Of a stretch of DNA of 64,000 bases, positions 49,691 to 59,626 are shown piece after piece (position 1 is the stretch's first letter; each line of letters opens with the position of its first letter). The DNA lies in NCBI GenBank assembly GCA_004431415.1, contig QPMI01000212.1, forward strand, positions 62,001 to 126,000. The letters are read 5' to 3'. The notes below the pieces were generated by a model, which made no database searches, was not told the DNA's origin, and was given only the letters and a program-made list of their open reading frames with translations. The DNA comes from Cyanophora paradoxa CCMP329. Its lineage: Eukaryota > Plantae > Glaucophyta. Both the position numbers and the translations under genes were made by a program.

Positions 49691-51089
49691 CTAGAGCTCG
49701 CAGTCCTTGCCGAGGACGGCGGCCATGCCGCGGAGGTGCATGATGCCCTGCTGGGCGATCTTGCTCCGCAGGCCCAGCTGCCCGATGTACAGCCGCACCG
49801 CCGACAGCACCACCGGGTACGCCTCCGCCACCGTCTGCAGCCGGATCGAGCGCGGCAGCTGCGTGCAAACGCGCTCGACCTGGCTCCGGAGGTACTGCTC
49901 GCCCTTCTCGTCCTGCGGGGGGCGTCAGGGCGCGGGGCGGGGGCGGCGGGGGCGGGGGCGGCGGGCCGGGGGCTTGGCGAGGGCCTCGAAGTCGCCGACG
50001 AGGCCGTCGCCCTTCTCCATGCGCCGCTTGCTCTTGATCTTCCGCATCGACTTCACCGAGAACGCCGACGCCGTCAGCGCGTCCAGCTCCTCGTCTGCCC
50101 GCCCCTCAGCCCCGCCCCGGCCCCCGCCCCCCGCCCCCCGCCCCGCGCACCGATGTCGCCCTTCTTGCCCTTGCGCCCGCGGCGCGCGCCCGGGACGCCC
50201 AGCAGGCCGTCCGCCTCCACGGAGGGGCGCCTGGTCCCGCCGGCCCCGCCCTCCTCATCGTCATCCCCCAGCTCCGTCCGGCTCGCCGCCGTGATTCCGA
50301 TCCGCAGCCCGCCGCCCGCCCCCTTCGCCCCCGCCCGCCCCTCGCCGCCTCTCCTCGCGGGCTGCTTCTCTGCGCCGGGTCGCCGCGCGTGAGGGGGCGC
50401 CTCGGGGGCCGTGGCGGGGCGGCGGGGCGGCGGGGCGGGGGCGGGCCCTCGTCGCTGGCGCTGCCGGCGTCGGTGGGGGTGCGGCGGTCGGGGATCTCCT
50501 CGAGGGCGGCAACCTCTGCCGCCGTCGGCTCCGCCTCCACTTCCTCCAGGTCCCCCAGCGGCTCGAACTCCGCGTGCCCCATCCCCTCCGGCGCTGCCGC
50601 CCCACCCGTCAGCCCCGCGCCTCCAGGCCGCCGCGCGCCGTCCCGCACCGTCTACCGAGGCTCGCGAGCGCGCGGAGGCCCTGGAGGTCGCCCGCGCGTG
50701 GTCCGCCGCGCTGCTCATGGGCCTGCCCAGCGCCGACTCGCCCCGCTCTCCGTGCAGGTCGTCGAAGACAGGGCCCGTGTGTGTGTGCAGAGGATGCTCC
50801 TGAACACTGAATCCGGCGGGCATAGCCAGCGCCACGGGCTGCACTGCGCTCGCCGGGGCGCTGAAGTCGAAAAGAGTTCCAGGCAGCGTCGCATCCTCCA
50901 GCGAGGCTGAACAGGACGACGTTAGCATAAGCTCGTGCGCCGAGGAGCAGCCCGCGCGCGGCGCTAGACGCAGGCACCTTCGGCGGGGCCAATTACGCGG
51001 CCCGTCGCGGGATCAACAGGAGGTTGGCTGGGCGCATCTTCCATGATCAGCTGCGCTTCCCCCGCGGCCGAAGGCCTTCGGTCCTCCAT
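49691..51089 (-). CDS. Hypothetical protein with acidic disordered N-half and helical C-terminal domain
   Basis: Spliceable exons ending EQYLRSQVERVCTQLPRSIRLQ...MAAVLGKDCEL*. Confidence 0.6.
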
Positions 51090-51163
51090 GGTTGCTGGTG
51101 TTGTTTTTTTGCCGCATGCGGGTACACGACTTCTCAGGCATGAGGCGGGCCAGCTGCTCCAGC

Positions 51164-53688
51164 ATGGAGCCGCCAGCTGCGTTTTGCTTCTCGAGACGCG
51201 CATGCGTCGTGCTGCTGCGGCTCGGGCTCGCTCTGGCCCTCGCGCTTGTTTTCCTCGCCCAGGGCGCCGCCGCCGCTAACGACATCGACCCTGACAAACT
51301 CACAAATCGGCCCTACAACGGTGAGTATTCCTGACATCCGCGTATGCCCGGAATGCCCCGGACAGCGCCGTCACCGCCGGAATGCGGCTCCGGCGCACTG
51401 TATGTGACGCGCGCGTGCGCTTGCCGATGTGCAGACGAGGAGCTCGCGCAGATCGCTGCCTGCTCCAGCGCCACGGGCACGGATTGGTGCGCTCTCGCTC
51501 TAGATCTGTCGAAACGCTGCCGATGCGTGACGCGCCCGGCAGCGGAACATGCACACTAGGCGGCTGCATGTGGTAAGAACCGAGATGGGAGACTGTATGG
51601 TGAGAAGCTCTGACCCTCGCGACAGGTGGTAAGAACTGAGATTAGAATGCATATGCACGGTGAGAAGCTGTGACCCTCTCACGTCCACAGCCCTCTCTTC
51701 CGCACATGCTACCCCAAATTCCTGCTGCCGACCCAGCGTGCGCCACATCCAAGGCGCTACGCGCCGCGCGCCGGGTCTGGGAGTGACGCCGTCGCGGTGC
51801 AGACTGCAAGGCGGGGGCGTACGACGCGTTCCCGATCACCCCGTGGCTTCTCGACCCCGCCGACTGCAGCGGTGCGGCCCCGCATTCCTCCCGAGGCTCG
51901 CGCCAGGCGCCGCTGACCGCGACGCCCCCGCAGTGAACGCGACGGAGGCCGGTCAAGGCGTGAGCGTGCAGGTGCAAGCGCGGCATGCGCGGTGCGCCGC
52001 TCGCTCCGAGGCGAGTGGGGGGACAGCTGCCGGACGGGCGGCGGGCGCTCGAGGCGGGCCGGAACGTGAGCGTGCGCTGGTCCACGCGAGGCTTGGACTT
52101 CCGCGCTGTCTTCCGCGTCGCTCTCCTTGCTCTCTTCGCGCCGGGCGAGGTGCGCACGTGCCACCCGCCCGGCCGGCCGCGCCGGGGGGCGGCGGGGGCC
52201 GACGCAGGGGAGCAGCCGGTGGTGCACGTGGCGGCGGCGCAGCAGGAGAACACGGGGGCGTTCGACTTCGAGCTGCCGCGCTGGCTCCCCACGGGCCACT
52301 ACGCCGCCGAGCTCCGCCTCTACGAGCTCGGCGCTCTCTCCGCCTCCCTCGCCGCCCGCTCCCCGCCCTTCCCCGTCCTCGGCCCGCCCGCCCCCCGCCC
52401 CTCCTCGCCACGCCTCCCGCTGCCGCCGGCTTCCTGAGGCTGCGCGCGCGCAGGGCCGCTCTCGCCGCCGCCGGGGAGCCCCGGGTTCAGCCCGCTGCGG
52501 GCGGACGTGCCTCTGTGCGGGCTCTACGCCGTGCCGGCGGCGTGCGGCCTGCTGGCCTCGTGCTCGGGCTTCTCGTGTGCGGCCGCGGAGGCCCCGGGCG
52601 CCTCGCTGGTGCCGCCCGAGCTGCTGGCGGGCACCCTCCTGCGCGCCCTCTCCGTCGCCGCCGACAACTGCGTGCGCCGCCTGCCCCGGGGGCGGCCCCC
52701 TCGCCCCGCCTCACGGGCGGCGGCGCAGACGCTGCGCGTGGACGCGGAGGCGGACTTCCGCGGGGGGCCCGCCGCCTCTTCTCCGCCACCGCCCCAGGCC
52801 CGCCGCCCCCGCCCGCTCGCCTCGCGCGCCGGCCGTGCGCTGACGCCGCGGGGCGGCAGTGCACGACGGGCGGGTGGCGCTCACGCCCGACACGGCCCTC
52901 TCCCTCGCCGACATGCGCCTCGACCCGCCGACGCGCGCCCCGCCCCGCCCCGCCCGTGGCGCGGGCGCCGGCTGAGGGCGGGGCGGCAGGCGGGGGCGTT
53001 GCGGGGCAGCCTCTTCCTCGTGACGGGCGACGTGGCGGTGACCCTCGCCGCCGACCTCCGCCTGCTCCTCGACCGCGCGCCCCGACCCCCGCCTCGCCCG
53101 AACCCCCGCATCCGCCCGTCACTCCCTGCGCAGCGCTCTCCGTCGCCCGCCGCTGCCCGTTCCCTCCGCGCCCGAGCCTCTACGCCCAGCGCGCCCCGCC
53201 GGCCCTCACGGGCCCGAGGCCGACGCCCGGAGGCGGCGGCGGGAGCAGCCCGGGGGCGACGCCAACGCCGACACCGGCCGGGGGTGAGAAGGGGCCGGGG
53301 GGCCCGGGGCGGTGCCGCAGAGCGCGGGGGCGGGCCCGCTGGGGACGGGGGCCATCGCCGGCATCTCCGCGGGGGCCGGAGCCCTCGCCCTCGTCGGCGC
53401 CGGCGCCGCCGCCGCCGTCGCCATCCGGTGCACCCCCGCGCTGCCGCCCCACCGCTGCGCCGGGCCTGACGGGCAGGCAGGAGGCGGCGCAGGACATCGG
53501 GGGGGGAGGAGGAGGAGGCCCCCGGGGCCGGTGGGGAGGCCGCCAGAGAGCTGGAGCCGCAGCCCACGGGCGCGGCCCCCGAGACGGCGGCCCCGGCGGG
53601 CCCCCACGGGCCGGACGGAGGCTGGGAGGATGCCGCAGGCGAGGGCGAGGAGGTCAACCGCCGGAAGGGCGGCTGCACGGTCATGTGA
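51164..53688 (+). CDS. Type I membrane protein: signal peptide, PSI-like Cys module, Ig-like region, TM, C-terminal CaaX
   Basis: LLRLGLALALALVFLAQGAAAA; CSSATGTDCGTCTLGGCMWCPLFRTC; NVSVRW...NTGAFDFELP; TM GAIAGISAGAGALALVGAGAAAAVAI + RRRRR; ends RRKGGCTVM*. Confidence 0.72.
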
Positions 53689-54003
53689 GGGGGCGGCCAG
53701 CCCCCACTTACCGCACAGAGTCTTTAGCTGCATGCGCAGACTAGCGCTGTAAATACAGGTCACAGATCTAGAATAACGAAGCGAGCCTCAATGCCGCATG
53801 AACGCCTAGCCGCACTGTGTACCCGGCCACCCAGAAAAAAATTCGCTTGCAAAGTTGGCGCTCCACGGGCCACGGCATCAGCTGCCAGCTGCTTTAGCAC
53901 GGAGGAGTCCGGGAGGATATGCATCATTAGCTATAGACAAACTTGAGCCGACGCGCGAGCTGGGCTTCTCGCTGAAGCGAAATCGGCTCTGGAGCTGACA
54001 GCC

Positions 54004-55189
54004 ATGGGTGGAAAGCCGAGTTCAAGTAGCGCGAAGAAGCGTGCGCCGCGCACCTCACCCCAGCTCTCTCCCGTTGAGCTCACCGCCACGCAGCGTCCTA
54101 CCAAGAACCCCCGCAGCCAAAGGCGAGCAAGAGGGAGGAAGAGGATGACTTTGATCAAATGACCTCGCAGGGAACTGTTGTGGTGCGCCCGACGTTGGGG
54201 GTTCATATTGGCGTAGCCGCATCTCCGTGTGCTCCCGCCTGACCGCGCGTCCGGAGCAGAAGAAGGTGCAGCGAGCGATGCCGAAGGATGACTTGCCGTC
54301 GCTGCTTGACGCTGCGCGCCACGGCTTCGCATATCAGGTGCCGCGCCCGCAGCCCCGCCGCGCGCGGGCGGTTCGCCGACGGGGCGCGCGGCAGCTTGCG
54401 GAGAAGGAGACGGAAGACGACGTGGAGAAAGAGATCCTCTCCATGTCGCGGGCGCCGCCCGTGCCGAAGCCGAGGCAATCGCCGGAGCCGGCGGGGCCGG
54501 AGCTCGAGGGGCCAGGCGGGGAGTTCGGCCTGGGCGGGGAGTTCGGGGCGGACGCCGAGTTCGGCGACGACATCGACCTCAACGCCTCCCGCGGCCTCCG
54601 CCGCCTCCCCAAGCCCGCCCCGCCCGCCGCCGAGACCCCGCCGGGGCCCCGGGAGCGCCGCGCCAGCATGGAGCACGCAGAGCAGCGCTTCGCGCCGATG
54701 GAGGGCCCCCCTGCCGCCGCGGATGGCGCCTCGGTCCGGCGCTTCAGCTCGCCGACCCGGCACGACGAGGGGCGGGCGGGTTTCCCGCACCAGCCGCCCC
54801 CGGCGGCCGTGCCGCCGCGCAGCCCCGTCCCGGGCGGCCTCAGCGTGAGCGCGACCGGCAGCCTGCGGGCGGGCCTCGAGGCGAGCGCAGCGGTCTCAGC
54901 GGCCCTCACGCCGGGTCCGCGGGCGGCGGCGCCAGCGCTCCCGCACGGGCACGCGCCCGTCGGGGGCCCCGCGCTGGACCCGACCTCGCCGACGGCCCTC
55001 TTCCTCGCGCGGCGCCCGTCCCCGGGCTCCCTCGCGTCCCCCGAGGTCGCGAGGAGCCCGAGCCCGGGACCGGCGCGGGGCGGCGGGCAGCGCGGGCGCA
55101 TCGTAACCGCCGGCGGTGTGGCGCAGGCGGGCGGCGGGCCCCGCCAGAACCTCAACCTCGCCTCGTACCAGCTCGGCCTTGTCACCTGA
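54004..55189 (+). CDS. Hypothetical disordered protein with N-myristoylation motif (4 exons)
   Basis: MGGKPSSSSAKK; three GT-AG introns give a continuous frame to QLGLVT*. Confidence 0.65.
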
Positions 55190-55379
55190 CCGCCGGCCGC
55201 AACTGCGCCCCGCCCCAGCGCAGCCACAACGAGGAAACGACTGGAGATGACTTCGAAGATTTTCCGCGCACGCTTATTTTCATTAGCCAGATTTAGGCAG
55301 CTTTCGGCTGCGATTCGTAGATCCAGCCATGTGTACTCTATCGCTCGCCATGTCGTGCTCAACTGCGTGTCGTCAACTT

Positions 55380-56520
55380 GGCAACATGCTTAAATTGAAG
55401 TTTGAATGCTGTTGATTTGTCCCGGCCCTCCATATCATAGTATCTGTGCCGCAGTGCTCTACTAGGCTGCCAGGCTGCCAAGGGATCCCCAAAAGCCGGC
55501 AAGCTTAAGCCTTGAAGGGTTATAAATTACTAAGTTAGGCCGCTATATAGCTAGTGCTGCAGCTGCAGGCCCCGGCCGCGCGGGCCGGGGCCCTGAGGAA
55601 ATTATAACACGTTATATATATACAATTACGTATACCGTACTACGGTATCATATATAGTATACGTAGTATGACCTTGGAAGACCGTCATGATCACGGCGCG
55701 CGTCAGATCTAGACTCTGATCATGAGATCGCCCCACGTTCCGAAGTTCCGCGAAAAGCTTCGACTTACGCGGCCAGCCTGGCAGCGTAATTATACATATA
55801 ACCGCCGGGCCGTTCGAAGTCTAACTTAGTAATTATAACTCAGTGACTTAGTAAGTTCCCCGGGCTCCCCCTATCCCCCCCGGGCTCCCCTCCCTCCGGG
55901 ACCGTCCCCCCCCCCCCCCCCCCCCCCGGGCCCCGCGGGCTCCCCCACGTGCACCCAGCCCCGGCCGCGGCCCTCCCGGAGTCCCTGCGGCCCCCCGGGC
56001 CCAAGCCCCCCTACCCCGGGCCCGCCCAACCGCCATGAACCACTTTCACATGTACAGCTCAGCAGCGCGATAGCTCATCATGGCATGATCTGCGGCTGGA
56101 AACTCGAAACCGACCCGGTGACCCGGCGGTGGAGCTTCCGAATTTCCCGGGTTCCCGAACTACGGTACTACGGTAGTCATCATAAGTACTAGTTATCATG
56201 GCATTCGCAGTTCCGAAGTTCCGAAAGTTCCCAAGTTCACTGCCAGGCTGCCCGGCCGCAGTGCCCCAGTGCTACCGTAGTACCGTAGTACGCTGGCACG
56301 TCGACGACCCCGCGCCGGCGATGATCATCCCGAGTCCGATGATCACTGAGTCATGAGCTTGAGCTTTGAAATATCGACATCGTGGTACGTATCACAGTAT
56401 ACGTATCATAGTATGCCATGATGCCTAACACGAATGAAGCCCTGTGATCACTAGGAAGGTCATGATCATGAGTGCTCAAATTAAATGAATGTCATCAGCA
56501 TCCGATGATCATCGGATCCT
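55380..56520. repeat. AT-richer non-coding island rich in short palindromes and inverted repeats
   Basis: TACCGTACTACGGTA hairpin near 55635; ACTACGGTACTACGGTAG (~56159) inverted to CTACCGTAGTACCGTAGT (~56272); many TCATGA, TACGTA, GATC words. Confidence 0.6.
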
Positions 56521-56785
56521 TCAATCATTGAATTGGAATCTGAACGCACGATTCAAAACCGCAACTGGAAGAGCTCGTCGCGCGCGTGCCCACGGTGCAC
56601 GTGCGCTTTGCGGCATACGCATGCGACCCCACTGGGGCAAGTCGCAACTCCGTGCCCCGCCCTCGCGACAAGCCATGGCCACCGCGAGCCCTCAAAACCC
56701 CTCGAAATCACGAATTGCAGCAGCTCAGCGGCTGGCGCTTAGATTACGGGCTGCAGCGAGGGGGGGGGCGGGCGAGGCGCGGGCG

Positions 56786-59519
56786 CTAGAAGCGCTCGCC
56801 GAGGCCGAGCTGGACGAGGGGCCAGCCCTTGCCGTCCTTGAAGCCGAACTGCACGGTGACGGGCCCGAGGCCGGTGAGGCCGCGGATGCCGGCGCCGATG
56901 CCGAAGCCCTTGCCGGGCTTGCCGCGGACCCCCGCGGGGTTCCCCGGCACGCTCCCCGCCGTCTCGAGGTCCGTCGCCGCCTCCGCGAAGGCGAAGACCC
57001 CCCAGCGCTCCGTCACCGGCACCCGGTACTCCGCCGACGCCTGCCCCGCCTCAGAGCGCGCCGGGGCGGGCGGCGGGGCGGGCGGTGGGGCGGGCGCACG
57101 AGGGCGTAGGAGCGGCCGGCGCCCATCTCGCCGTCGGTGTAGCCGCGCACAGTGGTGACACCGCCCAGGCTGAACGCCTCGTACGGGGGCAGCGTCCCCT
57201 GTATGTGGCCCCCTTGCGCGCTCACCACCAGCGTCTGCGCCCCATCAGCGGCGCGGCGGCGCGGCGCGGGGCGCGGGGCGCGGGGCGCGGGCGCGGGGCG
57301 CGGGGCGCGGGCGCGGGGCGGGCCTGGCCGTTGCCGGGGTTGTCCTTGAGGGGGAGGAGGGGCAGCGGCAGGTACGCCGCGAACTTGCCTGCCGGCAGCG
57401 TTCGGAGGCGGCAGGGGGGCGGGGTATCGGGGGCGAGAGCGCGCACCCTCGGCGCGGTTCATGAGAAGGCGGCCCTTGCCTGGCGGTTGCGGTGAGGGGC
57501 GTGCAGCGGGGGCGGGGCGGGGGCGGGGCGGGGGCGGGCACCGACGGGGAGGGACTGGTCGACCTGCCAGCGGAGGACGCTCCCCGAGGAGGGCGTCCGC
57601 GGCGCGTCGCGCGTCTCGCGGGCCCCCCGCACCTGCGCGCCGCCCCTCGGTCGGGGCGAGGCGCTGCGGGGGGGCCCCCGGGGGCCGGGGCGGACGGTGA
57701 GGAGGACGAGGTCGTCCTGGCCGTCGGCGTTGTACGTCAGCTGGTGCCCGTGCCCGTCCCGCGAGAGCACCCGCCCTGCCGCCCCCCTCGCACCCCGCCC
57801 CGAGCGCGAGGGGCGCGGGGCCGGCGGACCGTGCGGGTCGGTGATCGCGACGCGGTTCCACGAGCCGCCGAAGGCGACCCCGACGTCGCCGTTGGCGCGC
57901 GAGACGAAGGCGTTGCCGCCGGAGCGCCACTTGAGGACCTTGGAGGCCTCCTCCGCCTCGCGGGCGGTGAGGCCCGGCTTGGCCCCCGCGAAGATCCCCG
58001 TCGTGCTCTTCTCGTTGAAGACGTTGGCCTCGAGGCCGGTCTTCTCCTTGAAGGGGGCGAGCCAGGGGTCGCGGAAGGAGACGTTGAAGAGGAGCTCGTC
58101 GAAGCCGGGCACGGGCGCGAGCGTGAGGCCCCCGACCGTCACCTCCCCGGACACCTTCTGGTTCCGGCCCCGGAAGTTCGAATCCGACACCGAGAAGTTC
58201 CCGATCAGGCCTGCCCCGCCCCGCCCTCGGCCCCGCGCCGCCGCCGGCGGGGCCGGGGGGCCGCACCGGAGCCGCCGAGGCCGGCGCCGCCGTTCATGGT
58301 GCCCGTCTGGTCGTGCTCCTCGATGAGGACGATGAGCTCCACCTTGCCCGGTGCCGCCGCGTCGCTCCGCACCCGCGCCCCCACGTTCTGCGCCCCACGC
58401 CTCGCCGGCGGCCGGCGGGGCCGGCGGGGCGGGGCGGGGCCCTGCCTTGAAGATGTTCAGGTTGTGGAGGCGGCGCAGGGCCAGCATGACGTTCTGGGAG
58501 CGCAGCGGCTTCCCGACCTGCGGGAGGGCGGGGTGAGGCGCTGGGGCGAGCGGGGCGGGGCGGGGCGGGGCGGGCCTCGAGGTCGCGGAGCTCGCGGAGA
58601 ATGACGAAGGGCTTGGTGCGGCCCTCCTTCTCCTTCCCCGCCTCGTCGAAGAAGCCGACCTGCCGCCGCCTCGCTCCCCCCGCGCCCCGCCCCGCCCCGC
58701 CCCGCGCACCGTAATCTTGCTGATCTCCATCCCCTCCGGGTCCCCCACATCCTTCGCCGCCGCCGCTGCTGGCGCCGCTGCCGCCGCCGCCGGCTTCGCC
58801 GCCGCCGGCTTGGCCTTGGCGGCGGCGGCGGCGGCGGGCTTGGCGGCGGCGGGGGCGGCCGGCTTGGTGTCGGCCACGAGCTCGACGGCGGGGCCGCTGG
58901 GACCCTGGCTGCTCTGGTGGAACGCGTGCGCCGCGGGGCTGAAACCCGTCAGCGCGAGCGACGCCGCGGCGAGGCCGGTGGCCAGCGCCACACGGAAGCG
59001 CCGCCCCAGCGCCCCAGCTGCACTACGGAAAAAGCTGTGCAGCGCTGCGATCAGCCGGCTGAAAGACCCCTGGCTCTGACCACGCTCCCCAAACGCGGGA
59101 CGCCTCTCGCGCGGGGCCCTCCCCTCGCCACTGCCGCCGAACGCTGCGCGGATGATCTCGTTCGCTACGCCCTCCGAATCGCCCGCGGCGGCGGCGTCCA
59201 GGAGCCGATACAGGTGCGAGCCCGAGAAGAATGACGAAACTACGTCCCGGGAGACGAATGACGAGCGCAGGGCGAGGCTGGAGCCCAGCACGGCCGTGTT
59301 GGATGCCGGGACCTGGGCGCTGGACACGGGATCGCATCCAAAGGCGGCATTGCCGCGAGGAATGCTGACGTGGAAGCTCCGGCGCGCGCTGGGGCCGGTC
59401 CGCCGTGCAGCCGAAGCTGATACCGCCCTGCAAGATTCAGGGGCGGACGCGGGCCTCACGGGGGGCGAGCCAATGCGATCGACCGCCCCGACGATCCCGC
59501 ACGAGAAGGCGGGCTCCAT
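56786..59519 (-). CDS. Plastid Omp85-family (Toc75/OEP80-related) beta-barrel protein, multi-exon
   Basis: POTRA GRTKPFVILREL...LHNLNIF; barrel SDSNFRGRNQKV, FRDPW, LPPYEAFSLGG..VRGY, C-terminus LGLGERF*. Confidence 0.92.
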
Positions 59520-59626
59520 ACTGCCTGCGATCAAACCAGTCTCTCGCCGCGCGGTACCCCCTTCCGGCAATTGGGTTGAATTGGCAACCTCCGTGCGCGC
59601 ATCCCCGGGTCCCCCGAGTCGGATTC

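Noticed and set aside
55858-56030. C-rich block as telomeric repeat
   Set aside because: No regular telomere unit; irregular CCCCGGG low-complexity sequence
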